Assembly: GCA_000934665.2 (NCBI GenBank)
Contig: JYFJ02000087.1
Span: 62,001-126,000 of the forward strand
Source: Catajapyx aquilonaris
Taxonomy: Eukaryota
Direction of reading: 5' to 3'
DNA length: 64,000 nucleotides
The notes beneath the pieces are model-generated. The model ran no database searches, was not told the DNA's origin, and worked only from the letters and a program-made list of their open reading frames with translations. This document shows positions 31,046-44,114 of this stretch, piece by piece (positions within the stretch are counted from its first letter, which is position 1; every line of letters begins with the position of its first letter). The position numbers and the translations under genes were made by a program.

Positions 31046-34000
31046 TCCGTTTTAGTAGTGGTCCAGTCATCCTTTCATTCGGCCAACACCAAAGTATTCT
31101 TCACTCTTTTTTTCCAAATTATCATCATTTGAACCAGTTTCTCTTAAGATGGACCTTATGTCCATCATTCATGTAGATTGTATAGCTCGTCAAATTTTCT
31201 CGACAGGCGCAAATGCACTGCAGAAGTAGCAGATAAAAGGCACACTAGATTTTATTGAAAGCAGTAACATGCCTAATTCTGCAAAACTTAGCACTGCATT
31301 TTCGCAGAGAATATTCAGGAAAGGGGCAGCATATCGCGACCAGATTCTGTAGCCTGAAGATAGATTTTGGAACCGGTAGAAGAGGAAAGGAAAATTACTC
31401 TATGATTCACAGCAGAGGCGAACCAGTATAGGGCTACGTGCCGTGATACTTTACACGCCGCGTAATAATTCACAGCGTCTGTATTACAGGGAATGCTGAT
31501 GCTATAAACCGTTGTGAATACCGATGAACTCTCTCATGAGTCTATTGCATACCAACAGAAATATTGCCAGAAATTCTTTAATGAAGAGGTAGAAGTGAGA
31601 AACTTATAGTATACGCTCGTCAGACGCTCGTATACTGTATACGGTACTTGACCTGAATAATATGCAGGTGAATCAATTCAATAGGGACAATAGCCTTAAG
31701 TAAGCCGGATATTTAAAATAAAAAAAATTAAGACACCAATGACTGAACACATGTACACTATTAATGTATCCAAATTCTGTGCAGTACAAAATTAAGGCGA
31801 TAGCTGGAAGCACTCAAAACCTGCTGTGAATTGTCGAGTATAGTACTTACACTATACCTTCGAGGTTCGAGCAATATATTATTATTATTAATTTCCATTT
31901 CTGGGATTATGCAGTGATGTAATGAATGAATGACGTAAGCTACGTACCACAATCGCTCACTTTGTTTCGTAACTGAATGAGTGTAACCATCAGTCGCATG
32001 TCGGCATGTTACAAACTGTGATCTATCAACCATGCTAGATTATTATCAGCATCGTGATCTTCATCACAAATAGGATTACTTTCAGAAAACAAAGCCACTC
32101 GTTGTATGCCTCGGGATTGGATTGTTCTGTTGTAATTTCGGCCAACCTGCAATTTGTTCTCCCTTCTTTACGCGAGTCCGATATGTTTCACGCCACGAGT
32201 AAATAATTCACCTTCCATGGAGAGGTCCCCACTGACAAGGTACACCCATTTGTTAAATGAACCCCGGATTAGAGAGACTCTAATGCTGACTTAATCATGC
32301 ATGCTGCATACCAACTATTCCGTTACATTAACAATGCGGTCGAATAATAATCATTGAAATCTGGACATATATCTGAAGGCTGATGACATTTCTTTTCATT
32401 ATTTTCCGATCTGACGAGCATTTCTTCCGCAAGCTGTGTTCTCGTGCCAGCATGATCCCGATATACAGTATATTACCTTCAGTTGGATTGTGTGTCTACT
32501 TTCTCATTTAAAATTTTCACACGAAACAATATTCCAGTATGGTATAGATTTCGACTATATTCATAAAAATAGCCCAGATTGACTCACCCAAAATGTCTAC
32601 CAGTGAAGATGTTGGTAAATTTTATCAACATGTTTGAGTCCAACATGGACAAAAAGCAACCCAAACTTAACGTGGTCCATAGTACAGTACTGGTATATGC
32701 AAATTTCAACTATGTATAAATGTAAATTTCAACCTAAATTAAGTTTGAGCTAACATTGTCCTGAAGGTTAAAACAGACTCATTTTTCATCAAATCGCGTA
32801 TTGTTTGGTGCAGATCATGCGCATTATTTCGCGAGAAAATCATGCAAAAAGTTATCCAAAGCCCTTCTAGATGGCATTTCACGCTGCTGTTCCGCCTAAG
32901 TATTCGCGAATAACGATCAGAACTGGTCTGTCATCTGGTGTCCATCAGCACAGCTTGTGTCATTCACACTAGCTCGCCCACATTTTTCACTTACTTCCTC
33001 CCCAGTGTTTACATCCTTCCAAAGTCACCTAATCAAAATAATCAACCCATTTCGGTCTGGAATAATAATTACAAGCCACAATTTTGCAGCCAAAACCAGT
33101 CTCCTGGCGCCAGACAATTTTATCATTCACTCGTGATGCTCAGGTCAATCGAGTCACTGCCACGTCCACTTATACATTTTCATATACGCAGGAGCGAAGT
33201 CCATCACATACTATCATGTCACCCATGACAAGTCTTTCGATTGAAGAAACCAACGCAGACGCAGAAAACGAAGGACGAAGAGGTCGCTGCATTGTTGCAA
33301 CACTTGGTCAGGTTAGAGATTGTTTACGACCAGAGAGCAAGAAGTTCAGAGGCTACAGCATTGATCTCCCATTGGCTGCAGGCGGTGGGACAGCACGTGC
33401 ACTGCCCTTCAGAAAGCCTTTCCGTAAAAGCGGTTACATATACGCGCCAAATGTAATCACTTTTAACCCAGCGGCAGATATACGAACCTCTCTGGTGCAA
33501 ACTGACCCAACTCACTAGCACATTTGGAATCCGCGTAAGGAACAGTTCCTGTTTTGCCAGATAAGAGTCCACGCTTATTTTCTTTGCGGATTTCATGCGA
33601 ACGACCTTGTGTTCAGTACAAGTAACTGCCCTCAAAAAGGATTACACTTACACAAATGGGGATAGGAAATCGATGGGATTTTATGACCCCCAAAAAATTG
33701 TGGAGGTGTTGCTTGCAGCGGCATTGAAAGGGACGTAATGCAGCTGAAGGCCGTCGCATTGTCACAGAAACATCCTACGCCGCGATGCAGCTAATTAGAG
33801 TAGATAAATAAGAATGAAAAAAACAACATCGAAGCAGTGCCAAGAGCACCACGACGTAAAACCCGATTGGGACAATGTCACATGCAGAATAAATTGAGGC
33901 CATCTACGGTCGCAGAGATTGATGCCGTTTGGTGACGTAATGGATTGTGCCTTTATAACGTCAAGTCCCATTCATTCCTTGAAGTACGTTACGCTCTTTT

Positions 34001-36846
34001 GATGCGCACAACGACACGGTGCATTTACGCATCAGTATACTACATGGAAGAGCATGACATGTCGCTATACGAACATTAGCACTCGAACAAGGTGAAGGTG
34101 TTTTTAAAATCCTAACCTTCACCTCAATGCTGATGGTTACATACAGAGGAAGAATAGTTTTTTTTTCAGAAAATATTCCAGGCGTGCAGTAGCTATACCT
34201 TCTTGGTAATAGTGTTGGTTTTAGAAAGGTCAATGCGCTTACCTCAAACGTAATCATCTTCATCACATATTAATCCAGGGAAAAGAAGGAGCGCTGTGAT
34301 AACTGAAAGTGATTTAAAATACACTACGTCAGGTACAGTACAATCTTCTGTTATGCCTGAATATTAATGCCATATTAAAATGAACTGCTTGGACTACATC
34401 AGGTCTACCGCTGCTGCTGGAGAGGTTTATAAAGGTTATTCCTGGTCTGCTGTGATGAATTAAATATTGTCCTTCCAGGGCTCATACACCTGCATTTAAT
34501 TTTAGCCATCACATCGGGGCAAGACACACTAAATGAGTCGTTTGATAAATATGTACATTCACTTCATTCCTGTGCAGTAATTCAACTAGATAATCTCTTT
34601 TTTCCTTATAAAATGTAAATGACTAGATTGCTAATCAAATCAATGCAACTCTGTCGAGATATATTGAATGCGGGATAATCTATTGCATATACAGTACTTA
34701 GAAAACGCAAAATCTAAACATTTCTAAAATTGGACTGCCCTAAAACAATAAAACTAATAAGTACTGTCATGATAATGACGTCAACAACAAAGGGTTGCAA
34801 CACTGTTTTTTAAGTACCAATCTGGTAGACCAAATAAACCATTGCCGAGACAGTTTCTGCTGCAAAATATATTTTAAAAGCTAAATATTATTTCATAAAC
34901 TTCATTAGGCAACAATACTAGTATAACTGTCTTGGTCTTCAATATTTGCATTGCAAACTTTCCTTTTCTCGTGCGTCCTAATAAAAATATGGTAATAGCC
35001 TTAGGCACAGTCTGCCATCCAGTGAGTGAGTTATGGCATCCAATGACTCACTCGTCAGACAAGTACGTGTGTTAACAGCGCAAATAATAGTCTGTATCAC
35101 GTAAAAGTTCACTCCCCCTTCGCCGACCCCAAATTCTACGGATCAGCTGTAGGACACCTCATTAAAAGATTTTTTGCTCATTATTCTGCGTGCCCAGTTT
35201 GTACTCAGCTAGACGGTTTCTAGTTTCCTTTATTGCAACATGCAGTAGCCTCAAGATATACTCGTACATTGTAATAATGACGGGTTAAAAATATTTTTAG
35301 CAAGGTCAATAGTCGTATCAGTGACTTTGGATATCAGGACCTATCCAAAGCATGGCCAGCTGTAAAGTAATTAAATAACAAATCTAGGCTTGCCTGAAGA
35401 TTAAGTGGCTATTCGCCAAAACACAACATCGTCTGCGCAAATCAAGAAGTGTGATATACCGCGGATATACCCTCCTCCCTAATTGTTTTTTCAATAGCTA
35501 ACAAAAATTAGGAATTGCATGTACTGTACCGTGTGTGTGCGTGTCCCTAAACAAGCCAAAGTCTTGAGAATGTGATAAAAATAAAATCAATTAATTAAAT
35601 AAATAAATAAATCAGTATGCTAGCACACTTTACATTAAATTGTAACGTTGGACAGGTGTAACTTTGATGCTGGAGCAGAAATTTTTAAAATGTTTATCAG
35701 GCGCTTCTATACCAATCCCTCCACACTTTTTACACTTCATAATAGTGATTTGCCAAAGTTATGCCAATAGCACATAGGTACTCATGTTTCAAGAAAGGCA
35801 GTTACTTTTTATAATTACCAGGGATGAATGAAATGTGGCAAGGTTTAGTCCAATTGAAAATAGAAACTTTTTCATTGAAAGCATTAACCAGGCCTATCTT
35901 CTGATAAAATGTCTTAAATGGGCCTAAGCTCTTGGCTTCATAATAATAACCAGTGTCCACTATAATATTTTGCAGTGCCCTTTGGCATCAGGGGAGTCAA
36001 CTCATGCTTAAAGGCTCAAGTATGTATACAGTATATATACTGTAGATTGGGCCCAGAAGGACTATCGCATCTGCGGTATACATAATCGTTGAGGCGACAG
36101 AACATGTACACCTCTACAAACGTCTGAGAAGTACATGTGCACAAGCCTCCTAGTTTGATGGCATATACAGAATAATCTATTTTATTGCTACATAATTATC
36201 GGTATTATGTTACTAATCGCATGATCAAGGTCTGTACGTAATGGCCAGACATAGGTCATGGAACTAGTTCTTGACAGGGGAACTTGACATTCACAATTTC
36301 ATTCAGACTACATCATGGATAAGCATATATAATTATCCAGCCATCACATGCTAATAAATCACGATAAACATATTCCCTTTTTTATCAATTTCCGAAGTCC
36401 GGTATAGCAGGATTTAGTTAATCAATATTGTGACCTCAGAGAGCGAATGATTGATCGATAATAAATTATGTGCTTTTATGTGCAAACGACTAACCTTCTA
36501 GAACGCTTAAGAAAGTGCTATTTTTAAAAGTGGGACATTTTCCTGGAACTCACGCGTACTCTCATTGGAAGCATCTGAAAGTGTGGAGAATATATTATTG
36601 CATCGAAAATTTCCCAGTTGCCATGGCCACTTGCCCTTGTAACCTATCTGTTAAGGCCAATGACAAAGTGACCATGGTGACGGCTAAAGTTATGCTGAAA
36701 TGTTAGAATATATTATTTTATACATATGACTATACTGTATGTTACGCTGCCGAATCTTTAAAATTTTGTAAATATTATATTGAGCCCGCTTGCCGTTAAG
36801 CCTACTCTTTCGTTCTTGGACAGTCCCTTATTTTTTAAATTTATTC

Positions 36847-36918
36847 GTTTGTTTGTTTGTTTGTTTGTTTGTTTGTTTGTTTGTTTGTTTGTTTGTTTGT
36901 TTGTTTGTTTGTTTGTTT
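36847..36918. repeat. (GTTT)18 microsatellite
   Basis: Direct reading: a 72-nt perfect tetranucleotide run. Confidence 0.97.
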
Positions 36919-37388
36919 ATTACGGGAACACACAGTCCTCCCATCCGTATAGTTTCAACACATAATAATTATACAGTAGATATTATAACTTATGTACATA
37001 TTGCATATTTATATCGAACATAAGTTATATGTTAATTTCCTTGCACATTGACATTATAGGAATACAATTTGAAAACATCCTGTTTATCTGCATTTACAAC
37101 AAGGGGATTATCTGCTCGACTGTGGTTGCTTAATTAATAATAGCGCGTAAGTTCCGTAGACGTGGAACGTAAAAAAGGATTTTCCTAATATGGAATGTAG
37201 GATATGTTATAACTGATCAGCGCTCGCCAGTTACATACCGGTCGCTTATCTTAGCGTTTATATTCTTGACTTTCAAGGAAGGAGAATTATTTTTAAGGTT
37301 TTATATATGAAAGTGATGCATAAGTAGCCCATAGTTGAAAAGCATTTTCTGCGTCACATTAAACTTTTCTCTCTCTTCAATTTACATA

Positions 37389-37637
37389 TGAGGGGTCTAA
37401 GATCAAAAACGGCGAAGTCCATTTTTAGGGGGTGTGACACAAATACGTGCAGCAATTTTGTATTTTACTATCATTCGGTATAATTGCACATTTACATATG
37501 TAGCTGAGCTGTGGCAACATATAGACGTAAAAGGTTTCAAGATTGGACCAGTGAAAGTTAAGTAATCATCAGTTTTTGCTCATTTTATGACCAGTTTTTC
37601 GAAGTGGACTTAGCCGTTTTTGATCTCAGAACCCTCA
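37389..37637. mobile_element. Tc1/mariner-type MITE, 249 bp
   Basis: ~36 bp imperfect TIRs TGAGGGGTCTAAGATCAAAAACGGCGAAGTCCATTT and AAGTGGACTTAGCCGTTTTTGATCTCAGAACCCTCA. TA on both sides (37387-88, 37638-39). No ORF. Confidence 0.75.
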
Positions 37638-37811
37638 TATGCATCAATGTTATTTAACTTAGCAAGTAAATCTTTTCTAAAATTGTCTTCTAGCCTCTTT
37701 AAATCCACTTGAAGATTATCAGTCCAGTATTTGTTCCCATTATATCCCGCCACCAGAGTAATTTTCTTACTTGCATAAACCCATTAATATAGTGTAAGAG
37801 GGAATGATTTA

Positions 37812-37971
37812 AGGCCATTTCACAAAAAAATGTCGCGCGGCAAACGGCGCGACTTGCGGCAAATTTTTTATTTATATTTATTGTTGCCAATTGTTGGCAA
37901 CAGTAAATATAAATAAAAATTTGCCGCAAGTCGCGCCGTTTGCCGCGCGACATTTTTTTGTGAAATGGCCT
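37812..37971. mobile_element. Palindromic MITE, PIF/Harbinger (Tourist)-like, 160 bp
   Basis: Near-perfect foldback AGGCCATTTCACAAAAAAATGTCGCGCGGCAAACGGCGCGACTTGCGGCAAATTTT... mirrored around a 3-nt loop at ~37891. Flanked by TTA at 37809-37811 and TTA at 37972-37974. Confidence 0.8.
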
Positions 37972-40900
37972 TTACACTTGAATTTAATTTTGAAACTGGA
38001 CAAGCAATTATAATCTGCGCTATTAATTAGTTTTGAACTAAACTTGGCAATTTATTTGAGCCAAACCAAAATTACTGGAGTGAGACCAATTTCTACATAA
38101 GCAAACATTGGATGAGGTTGATTTAGCAGGCTTTAAAACTTTAAAAAATATATGAGTTAATATAACTTGCTATGGGGGGTCATGGGAAGCATACATACTG
38201 AAGGATACTGAAAGGGTGTGTATTGTATCCATTTCAGGTATCCAAAGGTCTATAACATTTAACATAATAAGCACGGGTCACAAATAATACAAGAGTAATT
38301 TATCGCTATAACAGCCTTCTTTATAAAATGGCAAATGGCACTTCACACACAGAAATTATTCATAGTCTCTAACAGGTCAAGATTGGCACAATTTAGCACA
38401 CAGACCTTGCACTTCACTTCGTCACCTCCAGAAACCTTTTGTCAGGCCTATGGAGTGACCAAGCGACGGATAGAAGAAATAAGCTTGGTGGCGAGCGTGT
38501 CCATAAGTTTACAAAATTTGGTCCCATGGTTCAAAAAAAAAAGTTTTGATCAACACTGAGTTTGTGTGCCGTAATAGCGAGAGACACTTTTCACCGTGGC
38601 CACTATGTTGAAATTTATGGAAAATTATATTTTAAAACGTTGCGCAACGACGATGCTTACTTTTGAAGTGAGGTAATATTTTCACATGTCGAGAAACTCC
38701 ACTCTGTACTCTGTAGGTGTAGTACTGTATAACAACCGCAGGGGTAAAAAGCCGCGTAAAAATTTATTATGACTGCAGGGTGAGAAAAATAAACTTCTGT
38801 AATTGCAGTTGTACATAGCCTGAAAATCTTTTTGATGGGTGGGATACCGCAGGTCAATGCACTAGCTTACAGTACCGCGTTATTTATTCAACTCTGTGTG
38901 CCAAACCCTCTGAAACACATTAATGAAACAACTCATACTGTCAAAAATTGCTTGCAAAATAAATAACTGCTTTGAATTTGGCTATGCAAGAGTTGAATTC
39001 ATGTGCAGTACCTCGCGCAGTAAAATAAATGTTACTTTCGCAGCAGCCTGATTCAGAGTATGACATAATTTCTACAAAAACATTCCGACCATCACACGCA
39101 CTAGCCTGTTAATTAATATTATGACAGACATTATCAGGTCTGCTCTCATTTTGATGACCGACCAAGCTCGTAGATCACACACTGAAATCGTCGCTGTAAA
39201 AAGTGGCTCACGGTCACTATCAGCACATGTCCATCTACCAAGACCAAAGTCTCTATGACACGGCGTCACAGTGACGTCAATGCCAACGCCTCTCGGTCTC
39301 TCAATTGAAGGGCAATCAATTGGCCAATCGCAACTGAAAGCAACTCCACGTGTCCTTACAAAAGAGCAACAAGAAAATCATCACTACACATAGTCCACCC
39401 ACCAGGGGTGAATTGATACGTCCTCTGATCCTCCGGAAATGTCGAGTTCAAAAATGTCATGGAGAAAAAGGTGCTGTCACCGAAGCACCCCCATCCTGGC
39501 AAAAAGCCGGCTCTTCATTGCATTCGAAAACCACGTGTACAGCAGGCATCAGGAGCGTGAGCGTGAAGAAAGAGCTCTCTTTGCGCCCAATGCCAGGAGG
39601 AAAAACAAAACACGCGCCAGCTTGTTTGGTCGAAGGACAGATAGATTTTTAATAGCTTGTGTACCGTCCAGGCACATGCTATGCCCCTTACTGGTTATGT
39701 CAAGTAGCCACAGGGTAGTAAAACACCGAAAAAATCTTTGGAGGTCATTCGGGGGACTCACCTGCTCAGTACGTGTTTATAACACGGTTGCGAAATCATT
39801 TGCGCTGGAGTCGTTTTGGCCAAATTGACATGACTAATGCGACAAATAACGTGGTTGTCCAAGAACGTGCAAATATTGTATGCCACTAGAATTCAATTGC
39901 TAATTCTCCATATCCGGCACGACATATTTTTGGTATTTATTATTTATTTGTGTGTATTAATATTTACAGTGTGTACAGCTATGTATTAGTGTTACAATAT
40001 TAATAATTATTCACTGCATGTAGCCTGGATTTGTGCTCGTACACTCCGTTTTGCAAAAAAATAAATATCAGTTACAGTACTTTGGCATAAATTTCACACT
40101 GGAAATGTAGCCAATCATTGGCATGTCGAGTTATAATTGAGACTGTTCCAGAATACGTAAAATGTGACGTGACGCGAACTTTAATTCTGAGTTAAGTGAC
40201 CATATCAATTTTCTATTTGACAAGTTTATTAATTACGCGTTGCATAATGCGGTTCTAATCTCGAATAATCTGAATAGTGTCATTTATGTATCACACGTAT
40301 TAGTCCTGGCATGCAACCTTGAACTGAAAGAAAATGTAAGCGCGATAATTCACATTATCAGCGCCTTGAACGTAACAGAGGGTAATAACACACAATTTAA
40401 GACCTCAAGGACTTTGCAAATTTTCACATTTCCCCCGTTAAGTATATTGCTCAATTTGTACATTTTATTTCCTTTTTAAACAACCCGGAAATTTGCGTTT
40501 TAGAAAATCTTAATAGTGCACCAAGTTGTTTCAAGTTTGTAATAATGTTACAGTCCTTGCTACTTATTTTGGCACCAAGTTGTGACCCTGACCTCTGAAT
40601 TTCGATTTCAACAGTCAGACCGTCTGCTGCAATTTCATTTGCATTTCTAGATGTAAACAAATTCAGGAACACGACTTCTGATCACGTGCTCGCACCTATT
40701 CCAACACCTAGTGACTCATTATACCCCACGTGTTATTTCTATACACTTTTCGGAGGCCATACAGTGCAACAGTTGCAATCCAATTTTGCCTAGTTATTCG
40801 ACACCGTCAGGCTATTTTCCTCCTTCCTTCCTTCCTTCCTTCCTCCACTTCCCCCCCGCTCCCCTGAATCATCTCCGTTATCAAAGCCGTATCATTATCG

Positions 40901-43900
40901 CCCTAGGCGTTTCATTGGCGCGGATTCAGCTCCGGCAGAAATGTGCGACGACCTCAAGGCCTAGGTCAAGACATGTTGCGCGACTCTCACGAGCTGACAC
41001 TGACACAATGTCGTGTCAGCTCTAGGAAATCTGACCCGCTAAAAAAAACACATATACGTCGAATTGGCGTGGGAACGACATGCACCGCCAACTGATGATG
41101 TGCTGATCAATGTGCTAAACAAAAGCTCGAGTGCAAAGTAATTTGCTGCGGTAAACTATTACGTTAACTGTAAACACTCTAGCAATACATGACCTATAGC
41201 GTCGGTCTAGATCGTCTTGTGATAAGCAGCATTATTGGTAGACATCCAGAATCCGCATCTTGTGAGTTCGCCCTTTAGACCTCCAAAGATGTGAAGGTTA
41301 TCAGCTTGGAGGAACTTTGCGAGTTGTACCTGCAATTCTAGATATGCCTTAAATCCCGGGGCGATCCTTATCGTAGTGTTTGCTCGAGATAAATGTGCAT
41401 GTAATCCAAATGTACAAACTTGTTTTTACGCGATGTACTCACTTTCATTACGGGGCTTATCAAGTTCGCAGTGTCTTGACACGGAAGGAAAAACACGCGG
41501 CACAATTTTAAAGGAGAACTTCATTCACGAACAGTAATTAGTAAAATGCTTAAAATTGTGACCTGCAATTCACATATCAACATATATCAAAATGGGGCAA
41601 TGACTCTGTACGACCTTATCAGCTCATTGTATTACATTACACAACTTCCGTACAGGTATCGTACAGTACTTGTTTACTTCCATTGATAATTAGTCAATTA
41701 CACACACAATAAAAAATCGTACGGTCCGAACGGGTCCGAAGGTGCAACGCATATCAGCCCTCATTAATTGACCTTCACAATTATAATGATCCCGATAAGG
41801 TGCACAAAAAACACCATATCGTATAGCACACCCCATGCCAAATACCCGGCACCAAGTCATGTAACACCCTTCCCATATCGAAAGCCTCACCATCACTCAA
41901 GCAGCGTTATGTCAATCGTCCTCAGGTAAACAAACAGATTGAGTCTATGTGACAAGTACAACAACACGTACTCCGCAGCAGATTTTTTACCCCCTCCGTC
42001 ACCTCTTATGCGTTGAACTTGGAAGCTGGCCGTGACGTTAATGCACTTTGTTTTCAAATGGCTAACCCCAACAACGCATTCTCTCTCGGGGACTAGTAAA
42101 CATGAACCGAAGGATATAAAAAAGGCCAAGAGCCTGGCGACGGGTTCAGTTAGCAGTCGACTAGACATCGAGTGACTTCCATAACGTTCCAGATAACAGC
42201 ATTCAGGAAGTGCGAATTTGTGCGATCCAATACTAGGCAACTGTCAGGTAAATGCAAATTCTCATATGAGTCGAGAAATCGGATAGCTGCTTACTACATC
42301 CCGCTAGTCCCGTGAATATACGTTGCAATGGCCAGTATTATTTCTGATTAGGTCAGTGCGCCTACATACATACTGTACGTAATTTGCATATTCTGGCCGG
42401 TTCACACATGACTGTCCATATCCCAACATGTGAAACTGTGCAATGCACTGGTGTCATAAGGAGAGTTCAGTGCCACATGAAATTCCCAATTTTAAGTCTT
42501 GGCTGCATTTACACTTTGGAGTGTGCTGTCCTTTTGCAAGGATTCATTTCTGTGCAAGGTGGCATGCGCTAGGAGCGTGTGTTTGTGTTCGTTTTTAGAG
42601 ACCGGGATAGGGGAACAACCTTGGAGCTCTTCCGCTCGGGGTACTACCTATTCAAGACGTGGTTCTAGATTATTCCTACAAGATTGATTTTCACAAGGCG
42701 GGCTTCGGTGCGAATGACTCCTGCTGGGCATTATGCGTATGAGTCAAAATGTAAGGTCAGGATGCGAAAGTCCAGTTTGTGACGCAGGGAGACCGCAGGT
42801 CATCTCGAGAAGGTCAGCAATCCGTGAAATTCAACACGTAACTCCCCAAAATTAGGCAATTGTTTAGGTCAATGCGTAGTAAAATCGTGTATCATCCCGT
42901 GAGAATTGGAGTTGTAAAGTTTTTGCACTGAATGAGTAAACAGACTTACAAATGAAGCAAAAAAAAGGGCCAACGGGCATCAGCAATGATAAGGGCTGAT
43001 TACAATGGTACATGAGACCTTCACGTGCAAATTAACTTGTTGCGAGGGATGGCAGGGTTCAGGGCAGGTGAGATGACTGCAACAGATAAGGTCACGGATT
43101 TCGGTTGCCACTATTGACAACAATATCTACGGTCCAAAGGCTCATCCCGGACACACAGCCCATTGTCTCAATTACGAAATGAACATATCCTTGGTAAATT
43201 AATATACCTTGGAGGCCAGCTATGAAATGTACTGTATAATTATGACGCGCTTCTTTTCTGTACACAGTACGTACGCACGAAACTCGTAAAACCTAATGAC
43301 CTTGACAGATTATCTAACACAAAATAGCACTTCAATAGCTTCAGGGAAGAAAAACAAATAACGGCGAACTATACGCACTTTTTACAGTGCTTTTTAGTAG
43401 TTATTGTACTGAGCATCATGTTTTCGCCATGTGGGTGTTAGTCACATCGTTTTTTAATCTCCAACCGGACTTATGCCCTTCAGAAGCCGGCCGGTAATCT
43501 TTCTCAATATTACTCATTAGCCAATTGAGTCACCTTACACGCAGTGAAGCACCTTGTAACACAAGGCGTGCTAGTGCTATCCACATGCCAGGAAAATTCC
43601 CTTTGTACAGATTGCGCCGAAACCATACATGCAATTGTTACATACGAGCATGAGGTAAAGTCGTGTTCATATCACGACGCAAGCAATATTCATTTTCAAT
43701 AGACTGCAAATATATTAACCTGCTGTTTGAACAGGCTGAATAGAACTATAGGCCGTAAAAGGGGTGTGTATGGAACGATAAGGAGCAGGCGGTTATCTGT
43801 GATGGGGCATCAGGCGATTCACGTGCTCTTTCCGTGATTTGGGCCGTACTGTATAGGCAGCTCGAGCCAAAGCCAACCAAAGGGCTCGGAATCCCCTACT

Positions 43901-43912
43901 CCCGCCACTGGA

Positions 43913-43950
43913 TATAAACATCGGTAGCCACCACTCCTACAACTCAATCG
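43913..43950 (+). promoter_or_regulatory. TATA box (TATAAA 43913-43918) and probable start region of the TPS gene
   Basis: Canonical TATAAA about 200 nt upstream of the ATG, with an Inr-like CTCAATC about 30 nt downstream. Confidence 0.6.
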
Positions 43951-44114
43951 CTGCTCCGGTATCACAGAGGTGTGACACTCCCTCCTACCCTCCTCAACTG
44001 ACCTTTCCCTATTCAGCACTTAACCTGCTTGATCTATTGATTTATAGATCACTGTTGGATTTTTACACGCCGGTGAGACCCCTCTCCAGAAGTGGAAGGC
44101 CATCATCTGACATC

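Noticed and set aside
33084..33635. Overlapping ORFs up to 144 aa between actin and TPS
   Set aside because: No recognisable domain, codon bias or convincing splice frame. A decayed transposon fragment cannot be excluded without a search.
36780..37023. ORFs with FVCL repeats
   Set aside because: Translation of the (GTTT)n microsatellite.
40992..41025. Short hairpin GAGCTGACAC...GTGTCAGCTC next to CTAG (possible Helitron 3' end)
   Set aside because: The CTAG overlaps the hairpin instead of lying ~10 nt downstream, is not followed by T, and no 5' end is identifiable.
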